The position numbers were made by a program, and so were the translations under genes. A DNA stretch of 11,635 nt from a virus. Taxonomy: Duplodnaviria; Heunggongvirae; Uroviricota; Caudoviricetes. The notes beneath the pieces were generated by a model, which ran no database searches, was not told where the DNA came from, and was given only the letters and a program-made list of their open reading frames with translations. Numbering within the stretch: the stretch's first letter is position 1; every line of letters begins with the position of its first letter. Positions 1 to 7,148 of this stretch are shown piece by piece. The stretch lies in IMG/VR virus record IMGVR_UViG_2660238190_000006. One strand, 5' to 3'.

Positions 1-1218
1 ATGAACAAACTGAGCGATACCTTGCTAAGGAAACTTCATGGTAAGCCAGCGGAGAAAAACACGTTTTATAGTGATGGCGGAAACCTGAGCGTGAAATATT
101 TAACATCAGGGAAATTGACCTGGTATTTCACATACAGGGCCGGAACGGGAAGGGAGACACGACCCGAACGCATTAAGCTGGGAAGTTATCCTGATCTGAG
201 CCTGAAAGCAGCCAGGGAAAAAGCCGCACAGTGTCGCACATGGCTGGCTGAGGGGAAAAATCCACGTCATGAGATGAATTACACCGTACAGGAAGCGTTA
301 AAGCCCGTAACGGTTGGCGATGCGCTCACCTACTGGCTTGAGTATTACGTAAAGGAAAACCGCGTGGATTATATCGCCCTGAAAAGGCGACTTAATAATC
401 ACGTAATACAGCAGATTGGTGCTATGCCGCTGGATAAATGCGAGCTACGGCACTGGCTGGCCTGTTTTGACCAGGTGGCAAAGCGAACGCCTGTTACTGC
501 CGGATTCGTGCTACAGGCGTGCAAACAGGCGCTTAAGTTCTGCCGTAGGCGGCGCTATGCAATCAGCAACGTTCTGGACGATCTGAACGTGGCGGACGTT
601 GGGAAAAAACCGGATATAAGCGAACGTGTCTTAAGTAACAAAGAACTTGGCGAATTATTGCAGGCACTGGACAAAAAAATATTTTCCCCTTACTACGTCG
701 CGTTAATCCGCCTCCTGATTGTCTTCGGAGCCAGGACGGTAGAACTGAGGCTATCGGAGATCGGGGAGTGGGATTTTACGGAAATGCTATGGACCGTTCC
801 GAAGGAGCACAGCAAAACGAAGGTCGCAATATTCCGGCCCATACCGGAAGCGATCCTGCCGTTCGTCACGCAGCTGGTGGAGCAGAACAGGCACACGGGC
901 TTATTGCTGGGGGAAGTGAAACAGGAGGCCAGCGTATCGCAGTATGGAAGATTAGCGCACAGGAGGCTTAATCATCCTCACTGGTCACTGCATGACATCC
1001 GGCGCACCTTTACAACCATGCTGAACGATTTAGGCGTTGATCCGCATGTCGTGGAGCAGCTTACAGGTCATCAGATGCCAGGAATTCAGCGAGTTTATAA
1101 TCATTCCCGTTATCTGGATGCTAAACGCAATGCGCTGGATATGTGGATGGAGCGGTTAGGGATACTGGCGGGAACACATGAAAACGTAACCACGCTACCA
1201 GTAGCCAGAAGAAAATAA
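1..1218 (+). CDS. int: Tyrosine site-specific integrase, P4-like
   Basis: 405-aa ORF starting at base 1. N-terminus (MNKLSDTLLRKLHGKPAEKNTFYSDGGNLSVKY...WYFTYR) resembles the arm-binding domain of P4-type integrases. C-terminal catalytic signature HDIRRTF...GHQ...RVYNHSRY fits the R..H..R..Y tyrosine recombinase motif. Confidence 0.9.
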   Translation: MNKLSDTLLRKLHGKPAEKNTFYSDGGNLSVKYLTSGKLTWYFTYRAGTGRETRPERIKLGSYPDLSLKAAREKAAQCRTWLAEGKNPRHEMNYTVQEALKPVTVGDALTYWLEYYVKENRVDYIALKRRLNNHVIQQIGAMPLDKCELRHWLACFDQVAKRTPVTAGFVLQACKQALKFCRRRRYAISNVLDDLNVADVGKKPDISERVLSNKELGELLQALDKKIFSPYYVALIRLLIVFGARTVELRLSEIGEWDFTEMLWTVPKEHSKTKVAIFRPIPEAILPFVTQLVEQNRHTGLLLGEVKQEASVSQYGRLAHRRLNHPHWSLHDIRRTFTTMLNDLGVDPHVVEQLTGHQMPGIQRVYNHSRYLDAKRNALDMWMERLGILAGTHENVTTLPVARRK

Positions 1219-1260
1219 TTTTTTTCGTGTTTTTTCAGTATGCGCATACTGGATATGCGA

Positions 1261-1320
1261 ACAGATACAACATGCAACAATGAGCAACAATGAGCAACAA
1301 TGCGGAACAACTACGAACAA
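1261..1320. repeat. Six tandem 10-bp-phased repeats ending in AACAA (two exact TGAGCAACAA units); candidate Int/AlpA (excisionase-like) binding array
   Basis: Seen: acagatacaa / catgcaacaa / tgagcaacaa / tgagcaacaa / tgcggaacaa / ctacgaacaa with strict 10-bp register, in the int-alpA intergenic region. Function is inferred. Confidence 0.6.
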
Positions 1321-1602
1321 GAGACGAAAAAGTGTACGGATTTATAAGTAGCTGATTTTTAATGTGTTACTGGTTTTTTATACACTAGCGAATCACTCTT
1401 TAAATAGCGAGAAAAAAGGCATGAAACAATATTTTATGCCTTTGTATTAACATGAATTTAAATGATTTTATCCTGATTATTCCTGTTTCTGTAAACCATA
1501 CGACCTCAACATTTGCCAACTCTGAATCATCCTGACACAATCAGACACATCCCAACGCAATAGAACACGAAATAACTCTTTAAGAAACGAAAGGGGGCAA
1601 TA

Positions 1603-1791
1603 GTGTTAAGCACTGATCGGTTTATACGTGAAAAAGAATGCGAAAAGCTAACAGGCCTTAGCCGCTCATGCCGCTACCGCCTGGAAAAGGCCGGACAATT
1701 CCCATCACGTCGTAAACTTGGCGGTCGTTCCGTTGGCTGGTCTTTATCCGAGGTTCTGGCCTGGAAGGATAGCTGCAAGGCAGTTCATTAA
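1603..1791 (+). CDS. alpA: AlpA-family (Xis/MerR-like HTH) transcriptional regulator / excisionase-like protein
   Basis: 62-aa ORF with GTG start preceded by AAAGGGGG. Sequence ...KECEKLTGLSRSCRYRLEKAGQFPSRRKLGGRSVGWSLSEVLAWK... matches the AlpA pattern (tG.sr...Y.l...G.FP...lg.rsvgW...ev..W). Typical position immediately downstream of int. Confidence 0.8.
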   Translation: MLSTDRFIREKECEKLTGLSRSCRYRLEKAGQFPSRRKLGGRSVGWSLSEVLAWKDSCKAVH

Positions 1792-1937
1792 TCACGCTGG
1801 CGGCACACAGCCGCCACACATCAATCATCTGAACACAGAGCTATAACCATGAAGATTGAATATACGCCAGAACGTGGGCGGGGATTCGTTCGCCCTGGTG
1901 AGACTGGAAAACCACAAAATTGGGGTTTTTCAGGCAT

Positions 1938-1970
1938 AAAAAAAGCGGCCCCGAAATGGAGCCGCCTTTC
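1938..1970 (-). terminator. Rho-independent terminator between convergent alpA and the minus-strand genes (strongest in minus orientation)
   Basis: Seen: A7-GCGGCC-loop-GCCGCC-TTTC on + strand, so on the minus strand a GC stem is followed by a T7 run. Lies about 95 bp downstream of the minus-strand ORF stop at 2061. Confidence 0.5.
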
Positions 1971-2060
1971 TGAACAGATAACACGCTGCGCCGTTTGTGT
2001 GTGTGATCCCAAACATAAGCACGGGGATGATAGCCGCTATCAGGCTGGTGGGCAATGCAA

Positions 2061-2249
2061 TCAGTCTGGTTCAGTTCGTTGCCATACCTGCAATGAGCGC
2101 TTTTCCCTGTACTCTTTAAGGAATTGCTCAAGGGCAAAAGCACATGGCGCGAATCTTTCTGATTCATGCTCTATCTTTCTGCGCCGTCTTTTCCGTGCCG
2201 GTGATAATGTTTTGGTCAATTCTTTATCGGTCATTGTGTTGTCCTGCAT
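2061..2249 (-). CDS. Small basic hypothetical protein (62 aa; alternative start at 2234 with AGGA RBS)
   Basis: ORF with Arg/Lys-rich stretch ARKRRRRKIEHE. In the same reading frame as the upstream RHH ORF, separated only by a TAA and 14 sense codons. Followed by the 1938-1970 terminator. No family recognised. Confidence 0.4.
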   Translation of the reverse strand: MQDNTMTDKELTKTLSPARKRRRRKIEHESERFAPCAFALEQFLKEYREKRSLQVWQRTEPD

Positions 2250-2291
2250 AGCAATGCGCCGTAATACCTCACACCACGGCGCTGATAGTTT

Positions 2292-2483
2292 TTATCCTTT
2301 GGGTTCTATACCGCGCCGCTTTAGTTCAGTACGCCCCAACTCTTTAAGCCAGTTGGCTAGGCTTATGCCGTCGCTCTGTGCTTCTTTATCGAATTGCTCT
2401 TTTAGCTCTGGAGAAATTCGCATTCTGAATTGTGGGGATTGCCCGTCCCCTTTAGGGCTTTTATCGCGTTTGATTGTTGACAA
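2292..2483 (-). CDS. Ribbon-helix-helix (CopG/Arc-like) DNA-binding protein, antitoxin-like
   Basis: 63-aa ORF with TTG start preceded by GGTGA. Segment FRMRISPELKEQFDKEAQSDGISLANWLKELG fits a beta-strand/helix/helix RHH fold pattern. Call is inferred from pattern only. Confidence 0.5.
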   Translation of the reverse strand: MSTIKRDKSPKGDGQSPQFRMRISPELKEQFDKEAQSDGISLANWLKELGRTELKRRGIEPKG

Positions 2484-2617
2484 GTGGTCACCTATTGAAT
2501 TAGCCTTTCTATTGTTAGGTGGTCACCTTAACACAAGAGCACTTAAAAAAGCAAAGCCCCGCAAGTGTCATTACCACTCGCAGGGCTTCTAACCAACAAC
2601 GTAAACTAGGAGCCGTT

Positions 2618-2815
2618 ATGGTTGCTGTAAATCATATACCACACCTTGTACACACACAAACGGCCTTTGTGTGGCGTTTTCTGGCACTGAGTGCCGGAGA
2701 ATCTCAAATCATCCACGTAACCGCCTGGACGGAACGCGAAGCGCGTAGCCGTTGCCCGTCCGGTTGTGTTGCTGTATTCGCCGCCCGTATTCGTCAGGAG
2801 GTGCGCCATGATTAA
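2618..2815 (+). CDS. Icd-like host cell division inhibitor family small protein (tentative)
   Basis: 65-aa ORF from ATG 2618 with strong RBS AGGAG 5 nt upstream. Sequence MVAVNHIPHLVHTQTAFVWRFLALSAGESQIIHVTAWTEREARSRCPSGCVAVFAARIRQEV resembles, from memory, the Icd-like proteins annotated in P4-like prophages. The 2519 start of the tracked ORF was rejected. Confidence 0.55.
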   Translation: MVAVNHIPHLVHTQTAFVWRFLALSAGESQIIHVTAWTEREARSRCPSGCVAVFAARIRQEVRHD

Positions 2816-3020
2816 TCTGTCACTTACTGACCTTAACCGCATTCAGTTTCGTGAGAAATTCACAGGGCAGCTACTGGTCAATGTGGATAAAGGTCGCGTG
2901 GTGTGTAATTACCACTTACCAGATGAAGCAATTGTCGCCACAAGGGAATCATTACAGGAAATCACAAAACGTGCCGGAATGATTAACACGAATATTCAGG
3001 GGATGCTTTATGCACAATAA
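2808..3020 (+). CDS. Hypothetical protein (70 aa)
   Basis: ATG 2808 overlaps the upstream stop (8-nt overlap) with RBS AGGAGG 7 nt upstream; translationally coupled chain. No family recognised. Confidence 0.6.
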   Translation: MINLSLTDLNRIQFREKFTGQLLVNVDKGRVVCNYHLPDEAIVATRESLQEITKRAGMINTNIQGMLYAQ

Positions 3021-3474
3021 AACCACACCGGACGCAGCCGCCGAAGCCATCAAAACGCTGATGCACGCGCTGATTGATATTTCTGTTATCGCGGACAGGG
3101 CACATAAGCACGCCACCAGCGAAACAGAATATGCCGGTGCTTTCGTTCCTCACTCACTGGCTGTCATGCAATTTAGTGCTGATACGGCGCTGAATGAGGC
3201 CAAAGCTATCCTGATTGCTGATTGTGAAAATGGGGGGGTTATGCGTGATGATCGTTTTAATTCCCTGAAACAGGAATTTACCGGCGTTCCTGATGATGCG
3301 GCTGATGCGCTTTCGTCAATGCCAGAACTTATTAGAGCGGCTTTTTTCTTACTTTCCACGAGAGAATATAAATCAACGGGGCTTGATGTACTGAATATCG
3401 CCGCCGATTATGCGGAATATGTGGCAGAGGCGCGTTATAGAAGAAAATTTCCTGAGGATGTAAGCCATGCGTGA
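3010..3474 (+). CDS. Hypothetical protein (154 aa)
   Basis: ATG overlaps the upstream gene end; RBS CAGGGGA upstream. Alanine-rich, predicted helical. No family recognised. Confidence 0.65.
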   Translation: MHNKTTPDAAAEAIKTLMHALIDISVIADRAHKHATSETEYAGAFVPHSLAVMQFSADTALNEAKAILIADCENGGVMRDDRFNSLKQEFTGVPDDAADALSSMPELIRAAFFLLSTREYKSTGLDVLNIAADYAEYVAEARYRRKFPEDVSHA

Positions 3475-3700
3475 TATTTACCACCAAACAATAGACCGCG
3501 CATTTCTTGCACTTTCTCACAGTGAAAACATGCTGGAAATATTGCGCATATGGCTTGAAACACTTGGCGACAATGAACGCGACAAACAAAAATCAAGAAT
3601 TGCCACGGCATTAATAACGCTTCTTGAGCCTGTAATAATGGAACTGCAAGAAATAGATCTATTGCACGACAGATATAAAGAACAGCACACCGGAGAATAA
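3467..3700 (+). CDS. Hypothetical protein (77 aa)
   Basis: ATG 3467 overlaps the upstream stop (ATGCGTGA); RBS GAGGA 8 nt upstream. No family recognised. Confidence 0.6.
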   Translation: MRDIYHQTIDRAFLALSHSENMLEILRIWLETLGDNERDKQKSRIATALITLLEPVIMELQEIDLLHDRYKEQHTGE

Positions 3701-3705
3701 AAATA

Positions 3706-4005
3706 ATGAAACTTAAATATTCTGGCTTAACTGCCAGTGGCAACACTCACCCTAAATTTACGCGCGGTGATATTTACCGCGACCAGTACGGCGGCACGGT
3801 AATGATTAAGGGCGTGGAAGAACGGCGCGTAACCTACCGCCGTGAAGGTTACGAATATGATTGCGTGATGCCTGTTTATCAGTTCCGGCGTGATTTTTCT
3901 CTGGTACAGACCGCGCCGCATAACGTGCCCACCAGCAACGCCAGGGCACGGGCAAACATCCAGAAGCTGAAAACCATGGTTAACGGATTCAGGGGCAAGA
4001 AATGA
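3706..4005 (+). CDS. Hypothetical protein (99 aa)
   Basis: RBS GGAGA about 10 nt upstream; stop overlaps the replicase start (ATGA). No family recognised. Confidence 0.6.
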   Translation: MKLKYSGLTASGNTHPKFTRGDIYRDQYGGTVMIKGVEERRVTYRREGYEYDCVMPVYQFRRDFSLVQTAPHNVPTSNARARANIQKLKTMVNGFRGKK

Positions 4006-5402
4006 AAAGCGCACCGAACTTAAAAAAACAGCCTTACGACAAGATGACCGAAGTCATCATTTTTGCGGGTAGTGATGCGTGGGCACATGCGAAACAGTGG
4101 CAGGAACAGGACGGGCGACTGGCTGGCGATAATGTGCCTCCCATTGTGCTGGCTGATGATCAACTGGATGAACTGGCAGACCTGAGAATCATCGACGAGG
4201 GGCGCTATTGTGTCCGGCTGTACAAGGCAGGCCACATCAGGCCATCAAATATTAATGCCATTGCGCACAAGCTGGCGGCGGCGGGCGTAACTGATGCGAA
4301 TTATTACCCCGAAGGGATGCACAGCCATATGCGGGAGAACTGGCGCGAATACCTGGAACGGGTGCGCGGGAAAGAGCCGGCGGAAGAAAAAAACCACCAG
4401 CGAAAAACCACGCTACCGATGAGCGTTGGATCTACCGGATACGACACGCAACTGGATTACGTGGTTAAGGGGATTATTCCGGCGGTATCGCTATGCAGCA
4501 TATACGGGGCTAGCGGGTCCTATAAATCATTCCTTGCCGGATCGTGGGCGTGCCATGTTGCCACTGGTCGCCAGTGGGGAGGCCGCAGGGTTGCACATGG
4601 TGCGGTTCTCTATGTGGTTGGTGAAGGCGGTATAGGTGTTCCGCGTCGTGTAAAAGCCTGGGAGGTTGTGCACGATGAGCAGGTGAAAAATCTGTATCTG
4701 GTAAACCGCCCCATCTTTCCGGCTGCCCCGCTTGATGTTGATGAAATGGTTATCGCTGCCCGTCAGGTGGAGCGGGAAACGGGTAAACCTGTACGCATGA
4801 TTATTCTGGATACGCTGGCGCGTTGCTTTGGTGGGAATGATGAAAATGATTCCCGTGATATGGGGGCGTTTATCCGTGGTTGTGACGAACTGAAACGACG
4901 CACAGGGGCCACGGTGCTGGTGGTTCACCATTCCGGCAAGGATGAGACGAAAGGCGCGCGCGGTTCCAGTGCATTTCGTGCTTCGCTGGATGCTGAATAC
5001 CGGATACGCAGGGAGGACGCAGGAAGCGAAGCGCTGGTTATCTCATGCACCAAAATGAAGGACGCGGAGGAACTCAAAGAAGCCGCATATGACTTACGCG
5101 TGGTGGAGCTTTTTACCGACGCTGACGGTGAATTAATCACGTCGCTGGTGGTGGTGGATGATCCGCGCCCTCCTGTTGAACTGGAGCGCATCGAGGAGGC
5201 AGGGAACAAGACGGAAAACCATACCGCGCTATGGGGGTGCATCCGTTCACGCACACAGAACGGCGACAAGTGCACGATCCAGATGTTACGTGATGACATG
5301 AAAAAGCTGGGGTATGAAATGAAAAACTTCCGGCGCTGGCTGTACAAGCTGGAAAAAGATGGGGTTATTCGTATCGATGGGGATGATGTAGCGCCGCTAT
5401 AA
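4002..5402 (+). CDS. Replication protein: RecA/DnaB-like P-loop ATPase (RepA/AAA_25-type helicase) with an N-terminal domain of unknown function
   Basis: 466-aa ORF. Walker A GASGSYKS (in IYGASGSYKSFLAG), Walker B-like hydrophobic-D stretch MIILDTLARCFGG, and HHSGKD (sensor-like) typical of RepA/DnaB-family replicative ATPases found in satellite pri-rep modules. Iteron cluster lies immediately downstream. Confidence 0.8.
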   Translation: MKSAPNLKKQPYDKMTEVIIFAGSDAWAHAKQWQEQDGRLAGDNVPPIVLADDQLDELADLRIIDEGRYCVRLYKAGHIRPSNINAIAHKLAAAGVTDANYYPEGMHSHMRENWREYLERVRGKEPAEEKNHQRKTTLPMSVGSTGYDTQLDYVVKGIIPAVSLCSIYGASGSYKSFLAGSWACHVATGRQWGGRRVAHGAVLYVVGEGGIGVPRRVKAWEVVHDEQVKNLYLVNRPIFPAAPLDVDEMVIAARQVERETGKPVRMIILDTLARCFGGNDENDSRDMGAFIRGCDELKRRTGATVLVVHHSGKDETKGARGSSAFRASLDAEYRIRREDAGSEALVISCTKMKDAEELKEAAYDLRVVELFTDADGELITSLVVVDDPRPPVELERIEEAGNKTENHTALWGCIRSRTQNGDKCTIQMLRDDMKKLGYEMKNFRRWLYKLEKDGVIRIDGDDVAPL

Positions 5403-5593
5403 AAGTGAGGAGCAAAAGCGAGGGGGATAGAAAGAGGGCCAAAATTAGCCCGCTCCCCCTCACTTTTCGACCTGTATACATCCTCAAAAGTGAGGGGTAA
5501 AAAAATACTTATGAAACACACACATAGAAAAACCGAAAATCCCAACTGCGACGAAGTGAGACGCTTGAAAAAGTGAGGCGAAAAAGTGAGAGG
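5401..5593. promoter_or_regulatory. Iteron cluster (AAAGTGAGG repeats, both orientations) with an AT-rich spacer; putative replication origin and/or operator
   Basis: Seen: AAAAGTGAGG at 5401-5410, inverted copy at 5455-5467, AAAAGTGAGGGG 5486-5497, GAAGTGAGAC 5553-5562, AAAAAGTGAGG 5568-5578, AAAAAGTGAGAGG 5581-5593, plus degenerate AAAGCGAGGGGGA 5415-5427. An AT-rich tract at 5497-5545 lies between copies. Position directly 3' of the replicase gene is typical for satellite/PICI origins (inference). Confidence 0.55.
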
Positions 5594-5602
5594 TTGCGAG
5601 AA

Positions 5603-5854
5603 ATGACCCAAAAACGCAGAGACAGAACAGAGCCAAAATATAAAGCGTTAGACATGACTGAGCACACCTTAAAGGTGGCAATCAGAACGATAGACCGCCA
5701 CACGCGGGAAGGATACGCGAAGGAACATCCCGACCTGATAAGCGCATTCATGACCACGGCGGCGGCAAACTTTGCCACGCTGACAGAACGGGAGATTGCC
5801 GAAGCGGAACAGGTAACAACCATCAACGTTAAAACCGGAGAGTTGGAATCATGA
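5603..5854 (+). CDS. Hypothetical protein (83 aa)
   Basis: ATG 5603 with RBS GAGAGG (inside the last iteron); the tracked ORF's upstream start at 5573 lies within the iterons and was rejected. No family recognised. Confidence 0.55.
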   Translation: MTQKRRDRTEPKYKALDMTEHTLKVAIRTIDRHTREGYAKEHPDLISAFMTTAAANFATLTEREIAEAEQVTTINVKTGELES

Positions 5855-6156
5855 GCGAACCAAAATTTGGTGAAAAACTTTACAAGCACAACGGACGGAT
5901 CACGATTCAGCAAATAAGCGCAGCTACACCAGGCTGGTGGGTTGAAACAGACGAAGGATCCTCACCCGTGGCATCATGGGCGCTTTGTGTGCTTAGTTAC
6001 CCTGACCGCGATGTGTATCAGGATATTCTGCCTGTGATATCCACTGATAAAGGCATGAAGCCCGTAGACATCAAAAACATGGGTTTTCAGTGCGTAATGC
6101 TCACTGAAAAAATGATGGAAGAGATGAAAAAGAACAACGCCGGATCGCTTCACTGA
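5851..6156 (+). CDS. Hypothetical protein (101 aa)
   Basis: ATGA overlap with the upstream gene; RBS GGAGAG 9 nt upstream. No family recognised. Confidence 0.6.
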   Translation: MSEPKFGEKLYKHNGRITIQQISAATPGWWVETDEGSSPVASWALCVLSYPDRDVYQDILPVISTDKGMKPVDIKNMGFQCVMLTEKMMEEMKKNNAGSLH

Positions 6157-6165
6157 GGTGGCAAT

Positions 6166-6576
6166 ATGACAGCACAAATTGCAGCTTACGGGCGGCTGGT
6201 GGACGACCCGCAGGTAAAACAGACCAGCAAGGGTACACCGATGACGCTGGCGCGTATGGCGGTATCGCTGCCATGCAGCCAGGCACAGGATGGACAGGCG
6301 ACGTTATGGCTATCGGTCATCGCATTTGGTAAGCAGGCCGACTTCCTGGCTAAACATCAAAAAGGCGACGTTGCCAGCGTATCCGGCACGATGCAGGTCA
6401 GCCAGTGGACCGGACAGAACGGGGAAACGCGGCAGGGTTATCAGGTTATTGCAGACAGCGTAATCAGTGCCCGTGCGGCACGTCCTGGTGGGAGCCGACG
6501 CAAGACCACAGGCACACAGGGTAATCAGCCACCAGCGGGAGGCGATGACCCTTACGGTGATGATATTCCGTTCTGA
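6166..6576 (+). CDS. ssb: Single-stranded DNA-binding protein (SSB-like)
   Basis: 136-aa ORF. OB-fold-like N-terminal region, Gly/Gln/Pro-rich linker and C-terminal acidic tip DDPYGDDIPF, matching the conserved DDDIPF tail of bacterial SSB. RBS GAGGTGG upstream. Confidence 0.75.
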   Translation: MTAQIAAYGRLVDDPQVKQTSKGTPMTLARMAVSLPCSQAQDGQATLWLSVIAFGKQADFLAKHQKGDVASVSGTMQVSQWTGQNGETRQGYQVIADSVISARAARPGGSRRKTTGTQGNQPPAGGDDPYGDDIPF

Positions 6577-6588
6577 GGGGTGGGGACG

Positions 6589-6861
6589 ATGGTACATGAC
6601 CGCATAGCGGAAGAACTGGAGGCGAAAGGCTTTTACCGGAGAGCGTCGGCGCGATGGGGTGAAGTCATGCAACTGGTGGAGACAGACAAGGAACGGCATC
6701 ACATCACGATGCGACGGCTGGAATGTTCCAGGAAGGCACAGAGGCCACCGGAGCCGCCGGATAATTACGGAGACCTGAAAAAGGCGGTCGATCGCACTTA
6801 TGCCGAAATGGGTATGGATGGTGCTGGTGATGAAATATGGCGAAATTACCAGGACAGATAA
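6589..6861 (+). CDS. PerC-family-like transcriptional activator (tentative)
   Basis: About 90-aa ORF. AEELEAKGFYRRASARWGEVM resembles the PerC/Pch N-terminal signature (LE..G.WRRAA..W) as remembered. ATG 6589 with GAGGGG RBS is preferred over GTG 6580. Followed by a terminator. Confidence 0.5.
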   Translation: MVHDRIAEELEAKGFYRRASARWGEVMQLVETDKERHHITMRRLECSRKAQRPPEPPDNYGDLKKAVDRTYAEMGMDGAGDEIWRNYQDR

Positions 6862-6867
6862 TCACAC

Positions 6868-6890
6868 AGCCGGAGCAATCCGGCTTTTTG
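6868..6890 (+). terminator. Rho-independent terminator after the PerC-like gene
   Basis: Seen: AGCCGGA-GCAA-TCCGGCT stem-loop followed by TTTTT. Confidence 0.65.
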
Positions 6891-6918
6891 TCATGTTTTG
6901 TAAATTATTTGTTCGTGG

Positions 6919-6933
6919 TTGTTCCACGTTGTT
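6919..6933. repeat. 15-mer TTGTTCCACGTTGTT (copy 1) within three tandem TTGTTC-containing decamers
   Basis: Seen: exact 15-mer shared with 11370-11384. Local context tatTTGTTCgtggTTGTTCcacgTTGTTCgctg. Confidence 0.5.
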
Positions 6934-7111
6934 CGCTGACCGGATCGGCATATTTTACCCGAACTGAATCATGATTATTCTCGCCCGTGGTGCCAGGACG
7001 CTGGGGCCACTTTCCCGCCTGTTAATGTGCCCGCCAATATTCATTACCAGGCGGGAAAACGATCGGTGCGATTGCTGATTTCCTTATGAAAAACGGTTGA
7101 GTGTTTGCCGC

Positions 7112-7148
7112 GTCCTGGAGTTCCTTACTTAACTTCAGGACTTTTTTT
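7112..7148 (+). terminator. Strong intrinsic terminator/attenuator hairpin ending in T7, directly abutting the capsid start codon and sequestering its RBS
   Basis: Seen: 11-bp stem GTCCTGGAGTT (7112-7122) pairing with AACTTCAGGAC (7131-7141), one G-U pair, 8-nt loop, then TTTTTTT (7142-7148), then ATG at 7149. The AGGA RBS (7137-7140) is inside the 3' arm. Confidence 0.6.

Noticed and set aside
693-971. 67-aa ORFs on both strands inside the integrase gene
   Set aside because: Embedded in or antisense to a confidently called integrase, with no independent support.
1240-1257. Inverted repeat CGCATA-CTGGA-TATGCG just after the integrase stop as a terminator
   Set aside because: The T-rich tract precedes rather than follows the stem, so it does not look like an intrinsic terminator for int. 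It may be a protein-binding site, but evidence is thin.
1261-1320. CRISPR-like array
   Set aside because: Repeat units are only 10 bp, contiguous and without unique spacers, so this is not a CRISPR array.
1841-2167. 108-aa minus-strand ORF
   Set aside because: Extends through the 1938-1970 terminator hairpin and overlaps the better-supported 2061-2249 ORF in another frame; low-complexity translation.
1849-2592. 247-aa plus-strand ORF
   Set aside because: Ser/Cys/Arg-rich, low-complexity translation with no RBS. It runs antisense to two better-supported minus-strand ORFs and crosses a terminator hairpin, so it is most likely a spurious open frame.
4527-5913. Minus-strand ORFs of 134, 228, 65 and 134 aa antisense to the replicase and iteron region
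   Set aside because: Antisense to a strongly supported gene with clear Walker motifs; low-complexity Ser-rich translations; no RBS.
7101-7148. GTG 7101 as the capsid start (as in the ORF track)
   Set aside because: No RBS upstream of 7101, and this start would place the terminator hairpin and T7 run inside the coding sequence. ATG 7149 preceded by AGGA is more plausible, though still uncertain.
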